Of a stretch of DNA of 64,000 bases, positions 56,201 through 64,000 are shown piece after piece. A program made the position numbers and the translations under genes. This DNA comes from a virus (lineage: Duplodnaviria; Caudoviricetes). The notes under the pieces were generated by a model, which was given only the letters and a program-made list of their open reading frames with translations, made no database searches and was not told the DNA's origin. The first letter of the stretch is position 1. Every line of letters starts with the position of its first letter. The stretch covers positions 1-64,000 of IMG/VR virus record IMGVR_UViG_3300017707_000735; one strand, written 5' to 3'.

Positions 56201-59200
56201 TGCAGAATTTATAGAAATAGAAGAAGCAATAGCAGAGGACTTTAGAGATTTCATGCTTGGCAAAACTAAGCCTAAAGGTATCATTGGAAGAATCTTTGAC
56301 AGAATTGCAAAAGCCATTAGACTCTTGTTTGGTAAACTTACCAGAAGAGATATGGTTAGACCAAGGGACATAGCTGAAGTAAAAGGATACTTTGATGCTT
56401 TGTACAAGGGTGAGATTAATCATCTTACTCCATCTGTAGAAAATGTAATGCCTGAGTTTGATGTATTGAACAGATCTAAGACCATCAATGTATTAAAACA
56501 GGAGACTAAGAACTACAGTCCATTTACAATTGATGATTCTAAAAGAGTTACTGATGCTATTGATAGTGTCTTTGCGGAACTCTTCTTAAATTTTAATCAA
56601 CACTTTGGTACATCTTCTGGAATGTCTAGACTTCTTGATAACTCTTTTAATAGACAAGGGGCATATGAAAATGTTCTAGATGATTTTATCCGTAGAAGAG
56701 ATGAGGCTCAAGCTGAATTAAAAGAACTAGCTGCGGAAAACAGAAAGTCTGACAACCCTGATCTAGATGCTGAGGCTGTGCTATCTGATAATCTATTACT
56801 ATTAAGTAAAGTAATAGACAACTTTGGGGACATTCCAAACTCTTTAACAGGAAAAGAAAAGAAAGGTGTGGTTGCACATCACATCAATTCTACAAGATTT
56901 AATGTACTCAAGGATACATATGTAGAGCTTGAAGAAGATCCTGAAGCAACAGAAGAAAAAGAAGAAGAAACTAATAGTGTTGGTCAGACCATTCAATCAA
57001 GTGACGGTGGTAACATTAAGTCATCTAAAGAACTTGCTTCAGAAGAAACTCTAATGCTTATCTCTAGCATATTCAAATTAGAGAAAATAAAAGAAGGCAA
57101 GACTATTAGATATGAAAGAGTAAAAGACAAACTAGGCTTTTATGTTCTTGAGTCTAAAGACATCATGTGGAATAAACTAGCAAGAACTTTAGCTGGGTCA
57201 TTGACTGAAAAGGATATTTATAGTAGACTGATAAAGTTTGCTGATAACTATCCTGAGTTCCGTCAGATTACTGACTTGCTGCATAATCCTACTCAAGACT
57301 ACGTTGATAGTAAAGAGTTTAATACAGAAACAAAGTTCTGGCAGGATTTCAAGAAGCCAAGAATCCCATATGTGCAGTTAAACATTACAAAGAAAGTAAC
57401 ACCTTCATTAGAAGAAGGAAGAGATACAGTAGAGTTTTCATCAAGCATTGTAAATGCAAGCTTTGATGTATATGCTATTTACAAAGTGTGGTCATCCAAC
57501 TTTAAAATGGCAGACCCAGCAGATAGTAGATTCATTAGTTCAGATAAAATTTCTAACATACTTGATGTTGAATTACTTGTAGCTGAGTTTGGAAAAAATG
57601 GAAAGCTAGACCCAAAGAGAAGCTTTGACTTCTTAGAAGCTCTTGGTATTACACTAGATAAAAATAGTGCTGAGATCAGTGCAATGATGGCTAAACCTAA
57701 GTTTGCTCAAGTATATGGTGTTGAGTATATCTATAGTTTGCTTAGAATGGTGAGTAAAGCTCTTAAGTCAGCTGATGAAGAAAAGGTGGCTGCAGCTAAG
57801 AAGTTTACCCGTAATCCAATTGAATATTTGATGAACGGTTTACCAGAAGCATTGAGAACAGATGAAAAGAATACTGAAGATGTAAGAGCAAGACTAAGAG
57901 CATTAGCAGAAATCAATATTCAATTCTCCGATAACTACTCTAACTTTAGTGTATTAAGTCCTGAGAAGAACCGTGTATGGGAACACTTCTTAGACAGTAC
58001 TTTGACACGTGCCATGGGTGCTATTAATAAAGCAAAAAACCTGAAGTACCTGATTGATGAAGATGAAAATGAGTTTGACCTAGATGGTGAATTTAGACAT
58101 ATGCGTTGGTTAAAGGATTCTAATAATCCTCATATCAAGTACAGTGTTAATATGAACTCTATGTTCTTTATGAATGGACCTAATTTTGGGGACAGAAGAA
58201 AAATAGGAACAGACACTGAAGAAGTAAATCAACTTCTTTTGAATAATGTTGCTGGTACACAAATCTTAGAAGAGGGTAGTATAGAACCTGAAGATGGTGT
58301 GTCAACAAGTTCTGCTGATGCAACAACTAAGTTCTTACAAGAGATGAATACTATGTTGCTACGTGGTATTCAAGAGTTTATGCGTCATGCATCTAAATCA
58401 ATGTCACAGGGTATCAGAGCAGAGAAGATCAATACTGCTTTATATGGTAACCAAGGTAAAGCTACAGATTACTTATACGTTGATATTGCTGACTTCCGTC
58501 CTATCCGCAAAGGAGAAGGTGAGTTAGAAGCATTTGAAATCATTAAGGGTTATGTAGCAGGTGAGCTTGAAAGAATTCAAAGATTCAAAGCTAATCTTAA
58601 TGACAAGACTATTACTGATCCAGCTTTACAAATGAAGAACTGGGCTGGCTACAATAGAAAAGTCAGAAAGAAAGATGGGACTATTGTAATGGCCGGGGAA
58701 ATCTTTACAGCATTTGATGATGTTCTTAGTGAAGAAACTAAAGAAAAGTTATATGCTATTAAAGGTAACTTACTTGATGCCTTAGAGGCAGACGATGATC
58801 TATATCAGGATGTAAAAGCTGATGTGGATAGCTACTTTGAAAAGCAAACAAAAGCAAATCTTGAAAGACTGTCTGAAGCTAGATATGTAGATCCGGCTCT
58901 TACTGATATTGCTTACCAAGAAGGTTTGACAAAAAAGCAAACAGATAAGGTTCTTGTAAAGGCTTACACATACAACTCTTGGATTCATAACTATGAGACT
59001 GTGATTCTTACTTATGGTGACTTAGCACAGTATAACCATGAGAAGGAAGAGTTCCATAAGCGTAATGCCGGTATGACAGCACCGGGAAGAGGATTCAGAG
59101 CAGACCAAAGAGCTAGAAACTTCATAAACAGCAGTCTGTTCCAAAGATTATATGCAGAAAAGAACAATTACCAAATAAGAAATTATGATGGTAGATTACA

Positions 59201-62200
59201 TACTGCTATTATCAAAGAGAAGAAAGTAGACTCTATCATGTATGAAGAGTACAAAGAGACTCTTTACCAAGATATCTTAGACCGTCTTAAGAATAACAAG
59301 ACTATTAAGAACAAAAAAGACTACGCAAAAAAGCTTGCTGAAACAGAAGCTAAAGAGTACTTAGGAATGAAAGAGGGTGATGGACAAGGTCATGTTACTT
59401 TGGAATCATACCGCATGCTTAAGACTCTTGAAGGTAACTGGTCAGATGAGCAAGAAGCCCTGTACAAACGTATTGTGAATAAAGAAGAGATTGGGGTACA
59501 AGATATCATTGAATACTTCCCACCTTACAAATTACAGTACTTTGGAAACATGGATACAAAAGGTTTGTCATTAACTTCATTCCATAAGTTCTCATTGGCG
59601 CCATTAATTCCTTCAGTGAATGGATCTTCAGTTCTCAATGAGCTGCATGACAAGATGATGAAGGATAATATTGACTATGTAGTATTTGAAACTGGTTCTA
59701 AGATTGGGCACATTGCACCTGATGGAAAAGGTGATAATGTCTTTAATGAAGATGGTACTATAAACAAAGCTTCTACATTTACTGTAAATAAAGTATTTGC
59801 TGAGTTCTTAAAGAACCAGACAGAAGTAAACAGCTCATTCAAAGAGAAGTCAATCTTCTCTACTCAGTTGCGTAAGTTAATTCTTGAAGGTCTTTATGAG
59901 AGAGGTGTAATTCAATCTCCTGATGAAAGTGAGATTACAAATGATAAAGTAAGAAGATACATTGACAACGTAGCAGAGTATACCGGCATTCTAAAATTAG
60001 AACTTCTAGAACAAGTTGGTTATGATGAAAGAGTGATCAATGGTAAATCTGTTTATACACCAAGAAGCAAAGAAAGCACTAAGAAGCTAGCAGAACTTAT
60101 CCGTAAAGAACTTGAAAGAGATGATAAGTTAGGAGACCACTTGATTGAAGGTTTTGTGGATGTGACAGCGGACGGGTCATTAAGAAATGACTTATCACTA
60201 CACCCTGAAGCACCGAAGATTGAGAAGTTACTACTTTCTATAATCAACAAAAAGATTATTAAGCAAAAGGTAAAAGGTGAGCCATTGGTTCAGGTATCTG
60301 CTGCTATGTATGAAGGTGTCTTTGGTAATCCATTAGATAAACTTAAGGAGGCTACTGATGCTGAAAAGAAAAAGTATAGGGGTTCTAACTTCCTTCCTAC
60401 ATATCATAGAAAGATTATTGATTTAAATGCTCTCTATGAAAATGCTGATGTAGATGCTCTTAAGGCTTCCCTGAAAGAAAAGAAAAGAATACTTGAGGAG
60501 CAGTCAGCTTATTGGACACCTACACATCAGAATGCTCTAAGAGATGAGATTCAGTATTTGGAAGATAAGATTGCTGGTAGAAAGCCAAAAGTAACTACAA
60601 CTACAGATGGTACTACCTCAGCTATGAAAGTTATGATTGCTTTGCAAGGCGACTTCCAGTATCTACTGAATCTTAAGCATAATGATGGAGAAGAGATTGG
60701 TACAATTGACCGTCTCAATGAAATGATTAAGAATGAGGCATGGTTAGATAAAGACACTAACCGTAAGAGTATTACTATGGCCGGTGTAAGAATTCCAGTA
60801 CAGGGTCTTAACTCTATGGAATTCATGGAGGTGTATCACTTCCTTCCGCCAGAAGCAGGTAACATTATTATTCCTCCATCTGAGATTGTAGCTAAATCAG
60901 GGGCTGACTTTGATATTGATAAGTTGACTATTTTCATGCCTAACATTGGTGAAGACGGTGCTTACAAAGGTAGACTACTTAAAAAAGGTAAAACTAAAGA
61001 AGAGAGCATTCAGATTCTAAAAGATGCCATTGAAGAAGCTAAAACAAATAAAGAGTCTACTAAAGATATTATTAAGGCTCAGAAGGCAGCATTAGAAAAT
61101 GAACTCATAGAAGATATCAAAAACATTCTTGAGCTTCCACAAAACTATCCTTCTTTGATTAGACCAAATGGTACCTATATTCTGAAGCCAATTGCGGATG
61201 AACTTGCACAGTATGTGATGAAGTATAATCCATATACTAACATGTCTTCTGAGTCACTTAACTATAAAGTATCTGATGATAATGGTGTTAAAACACTCTC
61301 TAAAATCATTAGTCCTACACGTGTTCTTGAAGTAGGTTACAACATATATAAGCATGAATCTAATGAGATTGGTAAGAAGACACTTGGTTTAGGAGCTGTT
61401 GAGAATACTTTCAACGTGATCATGAACTCATTGGGCGCTAAGATGCCAGCTACATATCTACATGGTAAAGATAAGAAGCCAAGAAATATGGATCTATTCT
61501 TAAGACACCACACTATGCAGAATGATGAAGGAGAAGAAGTTATTTCCCTGTCTAGTAGATATGATGTAGATAATGTATATAAGGTAGCCGATTTATTCTC
61601 TCAGATGATTAACGGATGGGTGGATGTTGAAAAAGATGCATGGATTTTCTTCATTCAGGGGAACTATGAGTTGGCACCAACCTTATTATATCTACTTAAA
61701 ACTGGCGTACCTGTAGAAGAAGCTATTAGCTTTATGTCACAACCTTTAGTAAGAGAATATGTAAAAGAACAAAGACTTGGTAAAAGTACATTTGCCGAAC
61801 CTCTTGGTAAAAAATCTTTATATGCATCAAAGGTTAAACAAGATGCTGCAAGTCGTGTGCTTAAAAAATACTTTGGTACAGATATTCCTGAGAAAAGATA
61901 CTACTATGAAAGAAATGTTCTTTCAGATAAGTACTTTGCTGATAAAGAAGACAAAAACTTTACTAAAAAAGAAATGATGGATTTGATTAAAGGTTCATAT
62001 CCAGATCTTGATAAAGCTTGGGATAGGTTTGTTGAGAAAAACAAAAGAGATCCTTACATGTATGAGTATAAGGATTTGATAAAAGAGTCTGAAGCGGAGG
62101 CAACTAAAAATGCATCTAGTGACTTATCAAAAGTAATGTTTTTGCACTTCTTAGAGATTGAACAACAGATCAGTGGTCTTACTAAGTTAAAGATCAATTC

Positions 62201-64000
62201 AAATCCAGATACAGCAACTCAATCATCATTTGCTGAAGTGGAGATAGTGGAATCTACAAGAGAAGACTTAGAGGAAGAAACAAAAATTGATCAGGAGTTA
62301 AGACGTGGATTAAGAGAGGATGCTGTAATCAGTCCAATGTATAACAACGATCTTGCATTAGCATTGGTAGAGCCGTTGATGCCATTAAGATATCATGAAA
62401 ATGTTTCTCAATGGATCATTACAAACCTAGCAGACTTTAGAAATAATCTTGATGATACATTTGGTCCAGGAAAATTGACTCAAATGATTGATACTTTCAG
62501 AAATGACATGGTCAACATGCTTCTTCAGAATGCATTGAGAAAGTTCAATCTGGGACCTGCATACAAAGGTTATAATACAGAAACAGAAATTCCTGTAAAT
62601 CTAGTAGACTACTTAAAGTTTGGCGCCTACGTTAAGAAGAATGCCAAAGGTGAAGACACTTTGTACATTGATGAAAGACAACTTAAGGAAGACTTTAGAT
62701 ATTCCCTATGGGAAAAAGATTCAGAGTATGAAGGTTCTTATGAAGATAGAGGTTTATATCCATTAGATGGACCATACTTCAGCAGCAATGCAAGAACAAA
62801 TGAAGCTGCATACTTTGCGTTTGTAGCAGAACGTGAATACCTACGCTCAATCTTACCTGTTACAGATGTGGTTGAAACGAGAGAGTATAAAAAAGAGCTA
62901 CGTGATACTAAGATGATACATCCTGAAATGTCTGAAGTAGAACAAGGTAGATTCACTTATGAAAAGATTTTGGCAATGAGGGCATTGGATAATACGTTCA
63001 ATCCTTACAAGTTGTTCCAAGATCCTGAAAATGCATATGCTATCAAGTACAAAGAACTTATGGATAGAGATGCTGAAGTATACGGGGGTAAGCTTAAACA
63101 GGAGTATCCTGTACTAAGCAGACTTATGATGGATACTAACTCTAATCAAACTTTCTATAACTTGTATGTAAATGAGAAAGACTATGATAATTCATTGTCC
63201 AATCTTTACAAGAAAAACATTGCAGACTTGGGTAATCCAGGTGTTGTTAAAGTAGCAGATCCTGAAGAGAACATGATGATAAGTGACTTCTTTGCAAGGT
63301 TACCATTGATCTCAATGATTCAAACAGGTTTAAACAAAACAAAGTTAAACTTCAATAATGTAGTTCCTCTAGAGCAGTATATAGACATCATGCGTGAGCA
63401 GACAGAAGAGTTTATGGATATCTTAGAGGATGAAGAAAAAGCTGATAACTTCTTAGACAAATTCTTCTATACGTTCTTAGCTGCCAATAGAAGCAAAGCT
63501 GGTATGGAGGGTGGTTCAATTAACTCTAACAAAGGCAGATTTAAAGATTTATTCTTTACAAATAAACTAGAGAATGCTACTGAAAAGAAACTTAAAGGTG
63601 ATGAGGCTGCTAAGAAGTTCTTAACGCCTACTAATACAGAAGACTTGTATGTATACTCTGAGGGTAATAAGACTCCAAAAGTGTATGAAGCAATGGCTAA
63701 GTACAATCCGGATGTCATCTTTGTTGTAAATGCTCCTAGATCTATGATGCTTGATAGAGAATTGAGGTTTAATGGTCAAGCAAGATTAGCAAACATAGAA
63801 GATGCAATGTCAATCATTTTCCCAACTTCTAATAAGTCACTAACTGATAACTACACAGGAGTTAAATCTGACAAGTATGAAGTAGTAAAAGCTATCTTTG
63901 AAGATGCTATTCAAAGAATCAAAAAAGAGCAAATGTATGGGAAACCAATTGCTTTTCCTAGATCAGGATTTGGGGATCCGAGCATCATGCCTAAAGAATT
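53232..64000 (+). CDS. Virion-encapsidated single-chain DNA-dependent RNA polymerase polyprotein (>3589 aa, 3'-truncated); absent from the ORF track
   Basis: ATG at 53232; the track lists no closed ORF in this frame, and spot translations are in frame: HEAWH 56106-56120, DGQG 59379-59390, GVRIPVQGLNS...AKSGADFDIDKL with DFDID at 60906-60920. DFDID is the catalytic motif of crAss-like virion RNAPs such as phi14:2 gp66. Confidence 0.93.
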   Translation, partial: MACKITEQQVIHIYTDIYEELKVGMDNPSVPVFDINSYMKDLYDDLVDAADPDSVQKTMLTIQAVPEIYQKVALRSDVKAYILSKPKLKNSFMDVMQMSQDFADLNNVAQFLKKAKVSKKYVDAAVRVSNMAKGRMQIINDVNMILKEVLMRSEATGRMKPISAWTLTGQEYMPINPEGATDEQRNAIIDESQILTYKVIREIVNNAKKATEEEQVTYRGIPVVIQAMRSSDIDIKFFDDSTRAKYAENRIINSVPFRKLHAEGVSAVISDTDGNVLYFDEEGNIADEESGRPVIQGFRKTAIKNGKLTLSNNANFATVLVSPKEIADRQQREALAMGIDFTASHYDYIVKRETERIEKEVNDLHLLREKVLSEENAGVLLPITGGTFGIVGEKFVPLYTTSIKSEDIAEIQTENIKEEGGYAYFTLKSDPDAGRIYMQRANMPEDLIDRIVDVLSTDAKFKGGKTLTAKQRVDFAKIFLGPSPKLQNYRTTPIYIKTVEIDGVEELMVLVNGIPLDMESEDEIEFLRDQLKNQIVGKEKTFSAPLNYSSDYTNKTFIDYRIEGDKIIAEEVDYFDFIKPFINVLYTEESAPFVPARNAYLSYAIPTEVLGDFELEKEEEAPTKKETKKEEEEAEAGTEDIGKINFSQHTVAGYAPVKQEVIKKADLVLAFNPRFTSASSIVTANAVDRAGKDYFPQPFAKSGGKLELKQAAINAIVTQINAAPGGVITITGDDITELKGYSQDVLNNFMYNTLKAVVESDKLKIDITNIITTGQTGIEQAATIAAARLGLEVTVIAPKGWQFKEYVKAPANTKFQKGTFNKRADKRSPETKFKARFKVNKRTAKAATTTKKTAAEQKAADQEVLNQPTSGRFNMGKFKRSMSVGTFFDKYFITEADKKRADNWWSNSPLSTAKDADGNLLIPVTVITEILNSDAFATWSRAGITLNQADGGTSVDLYHEAWHAFSQLYLSIDEKTALYEAMRKSPKWADAEFIEIEEAIAEDFRDFMLGKTKPKGIIGRIFDRIAKAIRLLFGKLTRRDMVRPRDIAEVKGYFDALYKGEINHLTPSVENVMPEFDVLNRSKTINVLKQETKNYSPFTIDDSKRVTDAIDSVFAELFLNFNQHFGTSSGMSRLLDNSFNRQGAYENVLDDFIRRRDEAQAELKELAAENRKSDNPDLDAEAVLSDNLLLLSKVIDNFGDIPNSLTGKEKKGVVAHHINSTRFNVLKDTYVELEEDPEATEEKEEETNSVGQTIQSSDGGNIKSSKELASEETLMLISSIFKLEKIKEGKTIRYERVKDKLGFYVLESKDIMWNKLARTLAGSLTEKDIYSRLIKFADNYPEFRQITDLLHNPTQDYVDSKEFNTETKFWQDFKKPRIPYVQLNITKKVTPSLEEGRDTVEFSSSIVNASFDVYAIYKVWSSNFKMADPADSRFISSDKISNILDVELLVAEFGKNGKLDPKRSFDFLEALGITLDKNSAEISAMMAKPKFAQVYGVEYIYSLLRMVSKALKSADEEKVAAAKKFTRNPIEYLMNGLPEALRTDEKNTEDVRARLRALAEINIQFSDNYSNFSVLSPEKNRVWEHFLDSTLTRAMGAINKAKNLKYLIDEDENEFDLDGEFRHMRWLKDSNNPHIKYSVNMNSMFFMNGPNFGDRRKIGTDTEEVNQLLLNNVAGTQILEEGSIEPEDGVSTSSADATTKFLQEMNTMLLRGIQEFMRHASKSMSQGIRAEKINTALYGNQGKATDYLYVDIADFRPIRKGEGELEAFEIIKGYVAGELERIQRFKANLNDKTITDPALQMKNWAGYNRKVRKKDGTIVMAGEIFTAFDDVLSEETKEKLYAIKGNLLDALEADDDLYQDVKADVDSYFEKQTKANLERLSEARYVDPALTDIAYQEGLTKKQTDKVLVKAYTYNSWIHNYETVILTYGDLAQYNHEKEEFHKRNAGMTAPGRGFRADQRARNFINSSLFQRLYAEKNNYQIRNYDGRLHTAIIKEKKVDSIMYEEYKETLYQDILDRLKNNKTIKNKKDYAKKLAETEAKEYLGMKEGDGQGHVTLESYRMLKTLEGNWSDEQEALYKRIVNKEEIGVQDIIEYFPPYKLQYFGNMDTKGLSLTSFHKFSLAPLIPSVNGSSVLNELHDKMMKDNIDYVVFETGSKIGHIAPDGKGDNVFNEDGTINKASTFTVNKVFAEFLKNQTEVNSSFKEKSIFSTQLRKLILEGLYERGVIQSPDESEITNDKVRRYIDNVAEYTGILKLELLEQVGYDERVINGKSVYTPRSKESTKKLAELIRKELERDDKLGDHLIEGFVDVTADGSLRNDLSLHPEAPKIEKLLLSIINKKIIKQKVKGEPLVQVSAAMYEGVFGNPLDKLKEATDAEKKKYRGSNFLPTYHRKIIDLNALYENADVDALKASLKEKKRILEEQSAYWTPTHQNALRDEIQYLEDKIAGRKPKVTTTTDGTTSAMKVMIALQGDFQYLLNLKHNDGEEIGTIDRLNEMIKNEAWLDKDTNRKSITMAGVRIPVQGLNSMEFMEVYHFLPPEAGNIIIPPSEIVAKSGADFDIDKLTIFMPNIGEDGAYKGRLLKKGKTKEESIQILKDAIEEAKTNKESTKDIIKAQKAALENELIEDIKNILELPQNYPSLIRPNGTYILKPIADELAQYVMKYNPYTNMSSESLNYKVSDDNGVKTLSKIISPTRVLEVGYNIYKHESNEIGKKTLGLGAVENTFNVIMNSLGAKMPATYLHGKDKKPRNMDLFLRHHTMQNDEGEEVISLSSRYDVDNVYKVADLFSQMINGWVDVEKDAWIFFIQGNYELAPTLLYLLKTGVPVEEAISFMSQPLVREYVKEQRLGKSTFAEPLGKKSLYASKVKQDAASRVLKKYFGTDIPEKRYYYERNVLSDKYFADKEDKNFTKKEMMDLIKGSYPDLDKAWDRFVEKNKRDPYMYEYKDLIKESEAEATKNASSDLSKVMFLHFLEIEQQISGLTKLKINSNPDTATQSSFAEVEIVESTREDLEEETKIDQELRRGLREDAVISPMYNNDLALALVEPLMPLRYHENVSQWIITNLADFRNNLDDTFGPGKLTQMIDTFRNDMVNMLLQNALRKFNLGPAYKGYNTETEIPVNLVDYLKFGAYVKKNAKGEDTLYIDERQLKEDFRYSLWEKDSEYEGSYEDRGLYPLDGPYFSSNARTNEAAYFAFVAEREYLRSILPVTDVVETREYKKELRDTKMIHPEMSEVEQGRFTYEKILAMRALDNTFNPYKLFQDPENAYAIKYKELMDRDAEVYGGKLKQEYPVLSRLMMDTNSNQTFYNLYVNEKDYDNSLSNLYKKNIADLGNPGVVKVADPEENMMISDFFARLPLISMIQTGLNKTKLNFNNVVPLEQYIDIMREQTEEFMDILEDEEKADNFLDKFFYTFLAANRSKAGMEGGSINSNKGRFKDLFFTNKLENATEKKLKGDEAAKKFLTPTNTEDLYVYSEGNKTPKVYEAMAKYNPDVIFVVNAPRSMMLDRELRFNGQARLANIEDAMSIIFPTSNKSLTDNYTGVKSDKYEVVKAIFEDAIQRIKKEQMYGKPIAFPRSGFGDPSIMPKE

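Larger units (their letters stand above)
1..64000 (+). other. Segment of a crAss-like (Crassvirales-type) phage genome: packaging, head, tail, cargo and virion RNAP modules
   Basis: TerL-portal-acidic scaffold-MCP order, ring/muzzle-type genes, giant cargo genes and a single-chain RNAP with DFDID. This synteny is characteristic of crAss-like phages. No host housekeeping genes seen. Confidence 0.92.

Noticed and set aside
1140-63718. Numerous 60-200 aa minus-strand ORFs and short plus-strand alternate-frame ORFs (e.g. 5704, 16744, 25754, 30053, 36852, 41559, 61777)
   Set aside because: All overlap longer, motif-bearing plus-strand genes. Their Phe/Leu/Ser-rich composition is the antisense shadow of Lys/Glu-rich genes.
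1-64000. Stop-codon reassignment (TAG or TGA), common in gut crAss-like phages
   Set aside because: Multi-kb ORFs are intact under code 11, and TAG (11637, 12405) and TGA (11463, 20889, 23974, 25682) end genes at tight junctions.
1-64000. tRNA, rRNA, CRISPR array, DGR
   Set aside because: Intergenic gaps are too short for these; no regularly spaced repeats, no reverse transcriptase, and no adenine-specific TR/VR pair noticed.

Overview
The window is the late/structural and virion-cargo half of a crAss-like (Crassvirales-type) tailed phage. It is AT-rich, uses the standard genetic code, and every credible gene is on the + strand. The lack of Shine-Dalgarno motifs and the A-rich leaders suggest a Bacteroidota host (inference). 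Gene order: 3' end of a PD-(D/E)XK nuclease, two small genes, TerL, portal, acidic scaffold-like protein, major capsid protein, a conserved post-MCP gene, a 5-kb insertion of ten very basic genes (three missed by the ORF track), a ring-type protein, a Dps/ferritin-like protein, a 540-aa structural protein, a Cys-rich tail hub/fibre cluster, an IHF/HU-like protein, two ring proteins, a 1861-aa muzzle/tail-stabilisation protein, five large cargo-type proteins, and a >3589-aa virion RNA polymerase (DFDID motif) that the ORF track omits because it runs off the window end. The most striking unexplained pattern is a short motif, roughly [M/Y/F/A]-[Q/K/A/R]-x-G-G, present about 35 times in the basic array and in three cargo genes. 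It sits at the borders of modules that also occur as stand-alone genes or as duplicates in neighbouring genes, which suggests a GG-delimited cassette/polyprotein system for the virion interior. Three HExxH zincin domains are encoded nearby. All assignments come from reading motifs and synteny by eye; no database search was run.
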